Notes: generated by a model not told the origin, from the letters alone. A DNA stretch of 64,000 bases from Octopus sinensis (GCF_006345805.1 NC_043021.1:11842001-11906000); one strand, 5' to 3'. Shown: positions 1 through 63,472, counted from the stretch's first letter. Program-made: numbers and translations.

Positions 1-221
1 TACTGGGGTCGATTTGTTAGACTAAACCCTTCAAAGCAGTGTCTAGGCATGGCCACGGTCCAATGACTGAAACAAGTAGCAGATAAAAAGGTTCATATAA
101 TGAAGTTCTGTATTCATATCCCATCGAAATCCTCTTTGCTTTTCATCCTCATAAAGAGGATAAAAAAATAAAGAAGCAGTAAGGTGCAGACATCGATTTA
201 ATAGCCTGTATCCCTATCCCC

Positions 222-584
222 GGATCTTTTCGATTTGAACGGCAGTTTTTTCTAGCAGTGTCCTATGAAATTGTCACCCATAATTATGACCCTAGTATCG
301 ATCTATTGCATTTCAATCTGTTTTAGGGTTAGGGTTAAGGGTATCTTTTTTTTTCTTCACAAATGTAAATAAACCCAATCTGTTTCTTAAACGAGGGACA
401 TATTCATACGGCACAGAATGTTTTTTTTTCACCTCAATAAACGTCAGTGATTGGTTGAAATTGCAGAAATTCAAGAAATAAAGCCAAGAGAAAAAGATGT
501 TTTATAAACACATTCTACCAGTATACGAAGTTTAAAATTTTTTAGTTACCTAGAAATTATGTTAAAAACTAACCGAAAAGATCC
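222..584. mobile_element. MITE with GG termini and 8-bp TSD (Merlin-like)
   Basis: TIR ggatcttttcg...cgaaaagatcc; TSD ctatcccc at 214-221 and 585-592. Superfamily inferred from termini and TSD length. Confidence 0.7.
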
Positions 585-699
585 CTATCCCCAAATAAAA
601 GGTTTTGTGCCTATGTTATAAAGCAGTTATGAGCAACCTGCGAGTCTTTCTGAATGGCAGGCCTAACAAAAAACTACTTTCGGATTGTCTTTTTTTTTT

Positions 700-1131
700 T
701 AATAGTGTAGCCGCTTCTCGAAAAAGATTGCCCATACTTTAAAAGCAATATATCTAAATATATTTTAATATATTTCCTCTTAATTTAATTCTCTCGTTCG
801 CGCGCAGACTTTGCTGTCCTCAGACGAGGTCTCCTTTCACTACTTCTCTCGCTGACCTAAATAAACCGTTAAACGAGGTGCCGAAATTGATAACACCGCT
901 GCCTTTTGAAGAGAATAATAATAATAATAATAAAATATATAAATAAATAAAAATTATCGACTGCTTGTGAAGTGTCTCCGGATCGCGTCTAGACGTAAGA
1001 ATTAAAACACGAGTACTCTCATTTAGCCGTGCGAATTGTGCAATCAATTAGGGAACCTACTTTCGCTATTCACCGCTTGCAGCATTTACTTTACTCAACG
1101 TTGTTGCAGTTGTTGTTTGTGTTGAAGAAAA
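700..1131 (+). promoter_or_regulatory. Probable ASL promoter/5' UTR
   Basis: Non-repetitive, CpG-retaining stretch immediately upstream of exon 1. The TSS cannot be located from sequence. Confidence 0.4.
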
Positions 1132-50632
<49,501 letters not shown>

Positions 50633-50858
50633 AGTTATTGAACTCACCCTGTGCGCTCCACCCCACCCTCGCCTCCTTCTCCATTTTAAATTCGTCCATG
50701 GAAGTTTTGTCAAAATTCATTATGAAAAACGATTAGAAATTTTTTTTTTTTTTAAATTACAATTAAGAGTAAATTTTTAAATTCATTATACTGTCCTTGC
50801 AAAAAAAAAAATCTTCCATAAATATTTTTTTTTTTTTTCTTTGAAAATATTCGAGAGA

Positions 50859-50864
50859 AATAAA
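50859..50864 (+). terminator. Candidate ASL polyadenylation signal AATAAA
   Basis: About 230 nt after the stop, followed by T/GT-rich sequence (tatgtgtttgt). Confidence 0.55.
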
Positions 50865-52018
50865 GTATTTTGTAGCTCTATTATGTGTTTGTCATCATCA
50901 TCATTTAACATCTGTTTTCTATGCAAGAATGAGTTGGGCAGCTTGACAGAAAATGGCAAGGCCAGGAGCTGCACCAGGTCTCAATAGTCTGTTTTGGTTT
51001 GGTATCTGGGGCTGGATGCCCTTTCTAACACCAACCACTTTGCAGAGTGTTCTGGGTGCTTTTAACATGGCACCAGCACCAGTACAGTTTCTGTGGCACC
51101 AGCACCCACACCAATGCTTTTTATGTGGCACCTTGGTCTTAAGCTCTCTATTCTGTACAGGTGGGTGGGTCTTCTTCGGTACAGCAATGTGCCACGTCTC
51201 AGTCCTCTGTCATCCCCTTCATAAGGTTCAGCGTTTTGGGGAATGAGCCTGTCAGATTCTTTTATCCAAGAATGTTTAAATTTATGCTGTTTGAGACGAC
51301 ACAGAAACCGTTAAAGGCTGTGAGCTGGCAGAAACGTTAGCACGCCGGGCGAAATGCTTAGCGATATTTCATCAGTCTTTACATTCTGAGTTCAAATTCC
51401 GCTGAGGTCAACTTTGCCTTTCATCCTTTCGGGGTCAATAAATTAAGTACCAGTTGCACACTGGGGTCAATGTAATCGACTTAATCCCTTTGTCTATCCT
51501 TGTTTGTCCCCTTTATGTTTAGCCCCTTGTGAGCAATAAAGAAATAAAAAACTGGTTAAGACATACTTTCAGAACTTTACATATACTGGTGACCACTCAG
51601 AAATCAAAATATCAAAGCTACAAATCCTCAACTCGTGGCTGTGTGGTAAGTAGCTTGCTTACCAACCACATGGTTCCAGGTTCAGTCCCACTGCATAGCA
51701 CCTTGGGCATATGTCTTCTACTATAGCCTTGGGCCGACCAAAGCCTTGTGAGTGGATTTGGTAGACAGAAACTGAAAGTAGCCCGTCGTGTATATATATC
51801 ATCGTCGTTTAACGTCCGTTCTCCATGCTAGCATGGGTTGGACGGTTCGACCGGGGTTCTGGGAAGCCAGAAGGCTGCACCAGGCTCCAGTCTAATTTGG
51901 CAATGTTTCTACAGCTGGATGCCCTTCCTAACGCCAACCACTCCGTGAGTGTAGTGGGTGCTTTTTACGTGCCACCTGCACAGGTGCCAGGCGGGGCTGG
52001 CAGGGCGGTGCTGGCATC

Positions 52019-52470
52019 GGCCACGAGTTGGATAGTGCTTTTTACGTACCACCAGACCAGGGATCCTGGCTGGTTCAATTCGATTTCGATTTCGCTTGCC
52101 CCAACATGTCTTCACAAGCAAAGGGGGTTGGCAATGGTGCCTGTCGTACGGTCGCATTGGAGTATTTTACGTGCCACGGCCACGAGTCGGATAGTGCTTT
52201 TTATGTACCACCAGACCAGGGATCCTGGCTGGTTCAATTCGATTTCGATTTCGCTTGCCCCAACATGTCTTCACAAGCAAAGGAGGTTGGCATGGGTGCC
52301 TGTCGTACGGTCGCATTGGAGTATTTTACGTGCCACGGCCATGAGTCGGATAGTGCTTTTTACGTACCACCAGGCCAGGGATCCTGGCTGGTTCAATTCG
52401 GTTTCGATTTCGATTTCGCTTGCCCCAACATGTCTTCGCAAGCATGGGGGGTTGGCATGGGTGTCTGTCG
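52019..52470. repeat. 159-bp tandem repeat, about 2.8 copies, within a family-D element
   Basis: Unit starts at 52019, 52178 and 52337. Confidence 0.92.
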
Positions 52471-54150
52471 TCGGATGAGGTTCTATATCGACTTCGCTTG
52501 CCTCAGCCGGTCTTTGTGTCCAAGGGAGGGAGTCTATGTAACTTAGCAGTTCGGCAAAAGCGACCAATAGAATAAGTACTAGGCTTACAAAGAATAAGTC
52601 CTGATGTCGATTTGCTTGACTAAATGCGGTGCTCCAGCATGGCTACAGTCAAATGACTGAAACGAGTAAAAGAGAAATAAGATGTTATAATTGCCATTGT
52701 TAGTTAGTTAGTCTCAGATTATCCTAGTTTGAGAAAACCTTTGAAGTTAGTTCGTTAGCTAAAAACTAGTTAGTTAATATATTTACCTGATGAATCATAC
52801 AACATCTGTTCTCCACTAATCACCATGTTCAATCATTCATCTCCAGAACATCAACTTTAAGGTGTTCTCTCCTCAAACATTGTTTTTGTTGCAGACATCG
52901 ACTCGAGTATATTCAGCCACATTTAGTTTGCACATCTCTCCTGTCATAGGGCCTTCCACATGATATAACCATTTAAAATTAAAATAAATTGTGTGAAATT
53001 TTAGCACAAAGTCAGCAAAATTAGCAGGAAGGGGATAATCGATTACACTGACCACTGTACTTGACCGCTACTTTGTTTTATTATAGAAATTTTGTAAGAT
53101 GGAAAAGCAAAGTTGACCATACCAGGATTTGAACTCAGAATGCAAAGAACTGAAAGAAATGTAAGATTTTTGTCTGGCACACTAATGGTTCTGCTTGCTT
53201 ACTACCCTAATAGTAATAATAATAATAATCCTTTCTACTCTAGGTACAAGCAGGGCTGTGGAGTCAAAACAAAAAACTTCAACTCCGACTCCTTCTACTA
53301 TTGACACCTCCGACTCCCCTTTATGTAATTGAGTGATTGTGGTCTACACATCTCATAAAGCATAGGCGTAGGAGTGGCTGTGTGGTAAGTAGCTGGCTTA
53401 TGAACCACATAGTTCCGGGTTCAGTCCTACTGCATGGCACCTTGGGCAAGTGTCTTCTACTATAGCCTCGGGCTGACCAAAGCCTTGTGAGTGGATTTGG
53501 AAGACGGAAACTGAGAAGCCCGTCGTATATATATATATATATGTTTGTGTGTCTGTCCCCCCAACATCACTTGACAACCAATGCTGGTGTGTTTATGTCC
53601 CTGTAACTTAGCAGTTCGGCAAAAGAGACCGATAGAATAAGTACTAGGCTTACAAAGAATAAGTCCTGGGGTCGATTTGCTCGACTAAAGGCCACAGTCA
53701 AATGACTGAAACAAGTAATAGAGTAACCCCTTACCTGACAAAGACAAGTTAACTTGTCTTAACCCAGTTCTATATTTAAGAGATGAGGAATTATGTACAT
53801 TATTTACATTTAACGGATATTTGTCCTCATCTTGTTTGTTGTTAACACAATGTTTTGGCTGATATACCCTCCAGCCACTGATTTACAACTGGTGTTGGTG
53901 TGTTTACATCCCTGTAACTTAGCAGTTCGGCAAGAGATTGACGGAATAGGTACCAGGCTTTAAAATAAAATAAAAAAAAAAGGTACTGGGATTGATTCAT
54001 TGAACTAAAAATCCTGCAGTCTAATAACAGAAACAAAAATAAAAGATAGGTATATGTGTGTGCATATACACACATATCTACACACCAGTTGGCCAGCATT
54101 CAGATTGTTTGACACAACAAAAATATAAGTCTCCCAACTATGTTCTACAC

Positions 54151-54351
54151 CAGTGCTTTTCAACATTTTTGCTGGAGTGGAACCCCAAGGAAACATTCCA
54201 CTGGCTCGAGGAACCCCTGTGCAATAATTTAATAGTCTTATGCACACATATCTGCACAGGAGAATTAAAAATTACTGCCGATTTTAGCAGTTTTGTAACT
54301 TCTTGTGGAACCCCTGGACTGTACTGGCGGAACCCTGGTTGAAAACCACTG
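54151..54351 (-). mobile_element. hAT-type MITE, copy 3 (inverted)
   Basis: Perfect 8-bp TSD ttctacac. Confidence 0.92.
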
Positions 54352-54582
54352 TTCTACACACTATACAGTGGTGAATGTGTGTCCCTAAAATATTCAATGC
54401 AGCCCTTAGTCATTAGCCCATAAAGCACAGGGGTTTGCACTTACATAGCATGGGCTGCTGAGCACATTTTATAAAAATGAGACTACCATGCACACACAAA
54501 AAAACAAAAAAATGGTTAAAATATCTTCTTAGTATATAATGGTGGCAAGTTTGACAGCATCTGAAAAGTCATTAGTTGAACT

Positions 54583-54817
54583 ATGAAAAAAGCCCTGGTC
54601 GGTCGCCATTTTGCCAGTGACAATGACTTCATAGACGCTGTAGGAAGTGTCTTGGAGTCTCAAACAAATGAGTTCCTCTACACCGGGATAATGGCCCTTC
54701 AGCAACGTTGAAGAAAGTGTTCAGCCATCGAGGGGGACTATGTTGAAAAATATATCATCAGAAGTCTTGTACTATGTTTTGTTTTTCTGAGGCTCAAAAC
54801 TCTTCATACACCCCTCA
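54583..54817 (+). mobile_element. Decayed mariner transposase C-terminus and right TIR
   Basis: MKKALVGRHFASDNDFIDAVGSVLESQTNEFLYTGIMALQQR*RKCSAIEGDYVEK followed by ...cacccctca|ta. Confidence 0.85.
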
Positions 54818-57800
54818 TATTAATCCTCTTGCATTCCGGGGTTGGGGGTGGGGGTGTCGGAGCATTTGAGTGGCATTAGACCCCAACAAACGCCCATAGA
54901 TTAAATGCATCTATCTGGGCCATGATCATGGCCCATTGCACTTTGTGGTAGCTCTAGAGTTGTGCCCTCCCATATAATTTTGAACAACAGGTACTAAAAG
55001 GGAACCTGTGGAAGAGGTAGACCCACGAAGACACTGGACAAGGTGGTGAAAATACGATCTTCAGATGTTGAGTTTCATGGAAGCAATGACAAGTAAATGG
55101 TAATTTGCTGTGATTGAGAAGATATGTCAAGCTAAGGGAAATTGTAGTCATGTGTGGAGTGGTTGGTTTTAGGAAGGGCATCAAGCCATAGAAACCAAGC
55201 CAAAACAGATGGCTGAAGCCTGATGCATCTCTCCAACTTACCAGCCTCAGTCAAACCATCTAACCCATGCCAGCATGGAAAACAGACGTTAAGCGAGGAG
55301 GTAATGGTAACTGAGCAGTAATTTATACTAAACACCAGAGATTCAGTTTGATTATATATAATGCAGCTGTATATAATAACCATTTAATACTTGAATTACT
55401 AGCTGCCTTGTTGCTCCGGTTGTTGAAGGCTGGAGACATGCCAAGGAGTTCCAAGCCGCTGCCAGAAACCAAACTCTTTTGGCTGGGAACAATAATTAAA
55501 TTGAATACGTACGTTTATATTGGTGTAAATATAACCAGACTTGCTGTTGCACCGTTTTTTTTTTTCATTGATGTATATATTTCAGAAATATATTTTCTAT
55601 TTCCCATTTCTCAGCTAAAGTTACTACCCTAATATTACGTCTTTTTATGTACGAAATATAATGTCTATTGCTGTAGTATAGTTCGGTGCTCCGTAACCTT
55701 TTTTCACCTGCAGTACACTTATATTCTTTTCAAAATTTGGCTGCACACCTGAACTAAGAATATAGCTAAAAGTTTACTCTTTTACTTGTTTCAGTCATGT
55801 AACTGTGGCCATGCTGGAGCACCACCTTTAGTTGAGCAAATCGATATCAGGACTTATTCTATGTAAGCCTAGTACTTATTTTATCGGTCTCTTTTGCCAA
55901 ACTGCTAAGTTACGGGGATGTAAACACACCAGCATCGGTTGTCAAGCGATGTTGGGAGACAAACACAGAACCATAAACACACACACACATATATATATAT
56001 AAGACTGGAGCCTGGTGCAGCCTTCTGGCTTCCCAGATCCCCGGTTGAACCGTCCAACCCATGCTAGCATGGAGAACGGACGTTAAACGATGATGATGAT
56101 GATGATATATACATACTTATATACGACAGGCTTCTTTCAGTTTCCGTCTACCAAATCCACTCACAAGGCTTTGTGAGTGGATATAGTAGAAGACACTTGC
56201 CCAACGTGCCACACAGTGAGACTGAACCCAGAACCATGTGGCTGGTAAGCAAGCTACTTACCACACAGCCACTATTCGGGTTACACTGGTTGCAGAGCAC
56301 TGGTATAGTTTGGCAAGTGCAAAGTGGAAAATTCTTGTCCACTGAATCACTTTTGTAACTTTGTGCGAATTACAAATATTTCTACTGTGTGCGTATCCCC
56401 CCACTGGTAGTTTGTCATAAGACTGTACCACAGTTGGAAGTCACCTTAAATGATGTTTTGTCAGTCATATCAACCCCAGAAATTAGCATGATCGCTGCCA
56501 GAGCAGCTGACTGGTTTCCATGCCAGTGGCACGTAAAAGGCACCATTAAAATGTAATCGTTACCAGCGTCACCTTACTGGCACGTGAAAAACATTTGAGT
56601 GACGTCATTGCCACTGCTGCTGGACTGGCTCCTGTACAGGTGGCACGTAAAATACACCACTTGAGTGTGGCCGTTGCCAGTACCACCTGACTGGCCCTCG
56701 TACCGGTGGCATGTAAAAGCACCCACTACACTCTCGGAGTGGTTGGCATTAGGAAGGGCATCTAGCTGTAGAAACCCTGCCAGATCAGATTGGAGCCTGG
56801 TGCAGCCATCTGGTTCGCCAGTCCTCAGTCAAATCGTCCAACCCATGCTAGCATGGAAAGCGGACGTTAAACGATGATGATAATGATGACTTCAGCTAAG
56901 TACTTTGTACTTTATTAATCTCAATTAAACAGTGAAATTGCAGTTTGAGGTGAAGGGACACAACTCTATGCATATATGTGTAGTGGACCAAACGTTATGC
57001 ACAACATTCAACATTATTGGTGCATATAGACACACACATTCACAATAAGACCCAGCAGATTTCTCCAACCAGATTCAAATCCTTCTCACAAAGAACTGGC
57101 CAAGCTGACATTTGCCAAAAATACTGTGCAGTGACATCAAAGCTAAAGCCACAGGGATTCAAAGCCAAGCTAACCACACAGCGATGCCTACATCTGTACA
57201 AAATATTTATTTCTTTATTGCCCACAGGGGGCTAAACATAGAGGGGACAAACAAGGACAGACAAAGGGATTAAGTCAATTACATCAACTCCTGTGCATAA
57301 CCGATACTTATTTAATCAACCCTGAAAGGATGAAAGGCAAAGTCGACCTCGGTGGAATTTGAACTCAGAACACAACAATATCAACATCCTCACAATAAAC
57401 ATTGTTTTAACAAGTTTCTCTTATTATTCAAAAGATTAAACAACAAAAACATACATTCAAGTCTCTTGATACATACCTGTCCGAGATGGACCTTGATTAT
57501 CTGATGCAAATGTCCTGTTCACTTAAGCTCTTCACTCTCCATGGTGCACAGGCCACTCTGGCTTTTCTCCAATGTTATCAACTCTGGGCCATCTTTTCTG
57601 CTTCCCTCTAGTTGGATTGCTGCTCTTTCTGCTCTACTTCAGTATTTCCAGGTCTTCTTTCCTGCCTCCCCTTGTCGTAGGCGTAGGAGTGGCTGTGTGG
57701 CAAGTAGCTTGCTTACGGACCACATGGCTCCGGGTTCAGTCCCACTGCGTGGCACCTTGGGCAAGTGTCTTCTACTATAGCCTCGGGCCAACCAAAGCCT

Positions 57801-60800
57801 TGAGAGTGGATTTGGTAGAGGGAAACTGAAAGAAGCCTGTCATATATATGTATGTGTGTGTATATGTTTGTGTCTGTGTTCGTCCCCCCAACATTGCTTG
57901 ACAACTGATGCTGGTGGGTTTACGTCCCCATAACTTAGTGGTTCGGCAAAAGAGACCAATAGAATAAGTGCTAGGCTTAGAAAGAATAAATCCTAGGGTC
58001 GATTTGCTTGACTAAAGGTAGTGCTCCAGCATGGCCAGAGTCAAATGACTGAAACAAGCGAAAGAGTATGTTTCCTTGAGGGAGGGCCTTCCTGTCACAG
58101 ATCTTGTTAGCTTTGAATTGTCATCGATGCTTATGCAACACTGCCTTTTTCTAGGTAAGGGTGTTGGCACTACACAAACCCATTTTTACTTCGTGGAACA
58201 GACAGTCCAGTCCCACATGGGAGGCCCCACCAGCAGCATATAATCCATCGGTCTAGATCTCAGGGTCACTGAGATACACAAGCCAACACAATGCAATGAG
58301 GACTGGAACTTGCAGTGGAAAAATTTTTGCTCATCAGCGTTAATGAAGAAACAGAAATTTCCTGGGTAAAATGGTAGAAGTATGGAGGCATGTGCAGGAA
58401 CAGCAGGTCGCTGTAACCATCAGTTATTGACGATTCCCTACTCTCAATGGATGACACCTTTGTACCACACAAGCAACACCCCTCCAACCCGTGGATCTGT
58501 TTCTGTTTTGGGTGGTCATTGCTGGTGGAGGTTTTACAAGGTCAGAGTGCAAATTCTACCTCAACCTCTTTTAGTCAGCTTTTATGACATGCAGAAGAAA
58601 TGCTGAGTCTATTCTTTGACAAGCCAGTCCCCACACAGCACTAGAGCAATGTGAAACAGAGTGTTTTGCTCAAGAACACAACAAGCTATCCAGTCTGGGA
58701 ACTGAACCCACAATTACTAGATCATGAGTGCAACACCCCAACCACAAGGCCATGCATAAAGTGATTGAAATTAAAAAAAACATTCCATTAAAATTTCATG
58801 TTAATTTATGATTCAAACACCATTTTAATAATGGCAAAGATATTTTATTAAACTCATTATTTTCAAAATTAACTGAAACAAAGGCAGTGTTTTTCAACAA
58901 ATAGGTTAACAAAAGGATTATGTACAAAAGCTATTTGAATCAAACACAACATATGTGTGTGTGTGTGTGTGTGTGTTATAATAGTTTAGTAGCAATAACT
59001 GGAAGCTGTTATGTACAACAAAGAGCCGTCGTGAGGTACTGAGGTGACAGATACATTCAGAGGAATTTAAATAGCTTTGACTTTAAGCAGCGAGAGGCAA
59101 ATGACTTACCACACGCTACACATCTTCCTTCCAAGCACTGCTGTAAACAGCAGAAGTGAGCTAGAATGTTAAAACTTTGTGCTCATGCACAGGATAGTTC
59201 AAGGTCATTGTCCTTGTCAAGGAAACAATGTAGCACCACACTACCATCTGCCTCGCACTCCTCTTCTGACTGCTGACCCAAAGGAATCTTTGGCCTCCTG
59301 AACCTTTACAGGACTCCTTAGACTGGTGGGAAGAAGTTATCCTCAGACAAGAAACCTGGCTCGAATTGGAGTGTGCATCAAGGCATGGGCACTCAGGAGT
59401 TGGGTGGTGATGTGAAACCAAGCAACAGATTAACTCTTACACTCACAAACAACAATCTTCTCAATCACAGCGTATCTCCAAAGGTCTCGGTATTTTGCCT
59501 TTGCCTCTGTGAGGCCCAACGTTCGAGGGTTGTGCTTCACCACCTCATCCCATTGTAAAGATTCCCTTTGGTCTTGAATGACCATGGGATTGCACCTAGA
59601 AAATTACCCTCCAAGGCACAAGTCCAGACAAGGTTGTTTATAGAAGACCAGCAGTAGCCCATGCATACCGGCCTCCTCTCTCCACACCACTGATGTTATC
59701 CAAGGGAAAAGCAAAGGTTGATACAACTTAGCACCAGTGACATTGCAACTCATTTCTACAGATGAGTGAACTGGAGTAACATGAAATAAAGTGTCTTGCT
59801 CAAGAAGACAACACACAGTCCAGTCAGCGAATCAAACTCACAACCTCAGGATTGTGAGCCCGACACTAACCACGAAGCAATATATCATTGTTTTTGTCTG
59901 TTTTTATATGCTGGCATGAGTTACAGGAGACTTACCATAGCAGATTCTCTACAGCAAGATGATCATGTTTTGCAAGTAAGCTTCTTTTCATTCTGTTCTA
60001 CATTAACTGCTGAACTGTGGGTTATATTTACTAGAGAACACAAATCACACGGTGTTCATAATTTATCTTTACAACTTTCACAATTTATCATATCTACTAA
60101 CGCTGAGATCCATCAATCAAATTTTTTACGTGTTAAATAATATTCAACTTTTAATATTTAAATAATTTTTGTTTGTCTTTAAAAAGGTGCCTATTATTAT
60201 TATCATTATTATTATTCCTGGCCTTTAATGAAAATGACACCACAAGAGAAAACACAATGTTTCTGGAAACAGGAAGCAACCTGCAGAAAACAGGGGCTGG
60301 GTAACCAAGAACCTCTGTGGAAGATGTTGAGCAAATCCAAGCAGGATTTCACTGTGGTGCTACTAAGGCCATTCATACTGCATGTAGACAGGTTAAGTTT
60401 ACTAAGATCAACAATTCACAAAGTTTTACGTAAGAAGCTAGGCTTATAAAGTGTGACTTTTGCAAGAACTTTAGCCAGATGACAAAACCCCAAAGGAGAC
60501 GATTTGCAGTGGATATGTTAGCTCAAGTAGGTGAAGACAAAATCTTCCTTTGAAATATTCGTTCCAGTGATAAAGCAACATTTCATGTGTCAGGAAGGAT
60601 AAATAAACACAACAACAGGATCTGTGGTTTGGAAAACCCACATGAAACAAGAGAACTGGAGAAAAACAGCCCAAAGATCAATGTTTGGTATGTTAAATGA
60701 TGATGATATACATACATACACACACACATATGGGCTTCTACCAGTTTCTTATTCCTTTATTGCCCACAAGGGGCTAAACATAGAGAGGACAAACAAGGAC

Positions 60801-61745
60801 AGACAAAGGGATTAAGTCGATTACATCGACCCCAGTGTGTAACTGGTACTTAATTTATCAACCGCGAAAGGATGAAAGGCAAAGTCGACCTCAGAATGTA
60901 AAGACAGACGAAATACTGCTAAGCATTTCGCCTGGTGTGCTAACATTTCTGCCAGCTTGCCACAGAGACAACTTAGCTCCAGTGCCCTTGCAACTTCAGT
61001 TTCTGTCAACTAAATCCACGCATAAGAATTTAGTTGGGTCAGGGGCTACAGCAGAACACAATTGTCTAAGGTGTCATGAAGTGGGATTGAACTTGATACC
61101 ACATGGTTAAGAAGTGAATTTCTTAATCACACAACCATGTCTGCACGTGTACAGATACTTCTTCCCCATATCACATATCTCTATTGTGCAACCATTATCC
61201 TCATTGCCACTGTCAATAAGGAATTTCATGCATACATGTAAAAATTAGATGACCACAGATCAGCTCTGCAATACAAGAAAGAGTATTCATAGACTGATAC
61301 ACAGAGGAGTATACAATCGACAGGTTATTTTTTCCCTAAAAACTCCATAATACTAACCAACAGGTAGTTTTTTTCTTTAGCTTATTAAACTAGTTTTAGG
61401 AACATAAATTGTGACTAAGGTTTGGTTGAAGATTTTAATTCCAAACTTATGAAAACAAGACATTTGTACTCAAAGCCAGACCGGTTTCAGCCGGGTTGGT
61501 AATGAAAGGGTTAATGTAGCTGAATATCTATATAAATATATATATGTTTTTGTTCATTGTCTCAAAATGTATCACATTAGTCTTTTCTTCACAATAAATC
61601 TCTTGGAAACCAAATAGTCCTGTAAATCCGAACATTTGTATGAATTAGGTTTCTTTTTCTGTTTTATGTATCTGTCTTTTTTAATGTTTAACTTCCTACT
61701 TCATTTAGTTATTTGTTTGAAGCTGGATCCTCTTAATCTTAATTA

Positions 61746-62257
61746 CCGTAATCCTCAAGTATAGTCCGCCCTTGATTATAATACGCAGGGGATTTTTAGG
61801 GGGCGGTACCTCTGAAAAATCTAAACCTTGTGTATAATACGCACCCCTTCTCTAACTTGAGTCAAGGAGGTCTATATAACGTCCTTGGTCTGTAAAAATG
61901 TATACAGTAACGTCCTCTACTATTATTGTATATATAACATAATGCAAATGTGTAGCTTTTTTGTGCATTTTGTTTGCAGAAAATAAAGAAATAACAGTAA
62001 TAAGGTTTAATAAATGTTGCTTACTGCAAGTTATGGATGATTCTTTTATGACTTCATTGCTTTCAGGCTTAGCTTAAGGTATTTTCGTGCTCGACATCAC
62101 AAAATACATCTGAATAAACATTGCCGGACAGCAAATAGAGACTCGGACATTGCTTAGAAAATAATTTTCATTTTTAACCTTGTATATAGTACGCACTAGG
62201 GATTTTGACCTTTAAATTTTGGGGGAAAAAATGCGGATTATACTTGAGGATTTATGG
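61746..62257 (+). mobile_element. Tc1/mariner-superfamily MITE, copy 2
   Basis: Same TIRs with TA on both flanks. Confidence 0.88.
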
Positions 62258-62338
62258 TATTCATCTTCAAAAAGCATAACTGGACAAGAGTAATTAGTTC
62301 TGAATGAAAGCTCGTCAGGTAGTCTATGATAACTGTTC

Positions 62339-63472
62339 TTATACGATGTGAGTCAATCTATGGGTGTTCAAACTGTATGTGTAGGAGTAAGCTTTACCAC
62401 AAATTTCACAGCAGTATGGCTTCTCTCCTGTGTGTGTACGTACATGTTTGTGTAAGTCTGTCTTAAAAGTGAATGCTCTGCCACAAATCTCACACTGGAA
62501 TGGTCTCTCCCCTGTATGGACAAAATTATGTCGTTTTAAATTGTTCTGAGAGAAAGACTTACCGCAAATATCACAGTGGTACGGTTTTTCTCCCGTGTGA
62601 ATCTGAACGTGTCGTGTCAGATTGCTGTTTGCTGCAAATGACTTACCGCAAATCTCGCAGTGGTATGGCTTCTCCCCGGTATGAATTCGCAGGTGCACAG
62701 TTAAATTTCGTTTGTTAGAAAACTTCCGCCCGCAAACTGCGCAAGATGGTTTCGCTTCTGGGTGAGCAAGCTTGTGTCGGTGCAAAAGGCTCCTCTGACA
62801 GAAAGTCTCCTCGCAGTAATTGCAGCTGTACAGTTTGTCACCCACGTGCGACGATTCGTGATTGGTCAAATGGTTTTTACAATAAAACGATTTGCTGCAG
62901 ATGTCGCAGTGATGCGACTTTTCCAAATGAGTCACCGAGTGGTAGGTCAGGTTCTTCTTGAAGGAAAAGGTTTTGCCGCAGATTTCACAGATGAACGGTT
63001 TCGTCTCGATGTGCGTCATTATGTGTTGGGATAAATAGCTATTTTGCGAAAAAGACCTACCACAGATTTCACAGCAAAATGGGTTCTCGCCCGTATGGGA
63101 CCATTTATGGACAGACAGTAAACTATTACGAGAAAACGCTTCACCACAGATGTCACACTGAAATGGCTTCTCCCCCGTATGAATCCTAACATGTAAATTC
63201 AATCTGCTCTTTTTAGAAAACGTTTTATCACAAAACTGACATTGGTGTGGCTTGTTCTTGATATGTATCCATTTATGATCAGTCAAATACCGGGCTACGG
63301 AAAACGCTTTATCACACACCTCACATTTGTATGGTTTCTCACCTGTATGGGTACGTTTATGTATCGTCAATTCACTGTTTCCAGAGAATGCTTGTCCACA
63401 AATTTCACAAACACATGTTTTTTTCCGATTTCTTCTTTGATCACCAAACCTACTTCGAGATTTTCTTTTCAT
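62339..63472 (-). CDS. Intronless tandem C2H2 zinc-finger protein, 377 aa, 13 fingers, basic N-terminus
   Basis: 13 CxxC...HxxxH units with TGEKP-type linkers; in-frame TAA shortly upstream of the ATG. Confidence 0.95.
   Translation of the reverse strand: MKRKSRSRFGDQRRNRKKTCVCEICGQAFSGNSELTIHKRTHTGEKPYKCEVCDKAFSVARYLTDHKWIHIKNKPHQCQFCDKTFSKKSRLNLHVRIHTGEKPFQCDICGEAFSRNSLLSVHKWSHTGENPFCCEICGRSFSQNSYLSQHIMTHIETKPFICEICGKTFSFKKNLTYHSVTHLEKSHHCDICSKSFYCKNHLTNHESSHVGDKLYSCNYCEETFCQRSLLHRHKLAHPEAKPSCAVCGRKFSNKRNLTVHLRIHTGEKPYHCEICGKSFAANSNLTRHVQIHTGEKPYHCDICGKSFSQNNLKRHNFVHTGERPFQCEICGRAFTFKTDLHKHVRTHTGEKPYCCEICGKAYSYTYSLNTHRLTHIV

Noticed and set aside
51825-52567. 217-aa and 172-aa ORFs with 53-aa repeats
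   Set aside because: By-product of a 159-bp tandem repeat inside a retroposon, with no recognisable domain.
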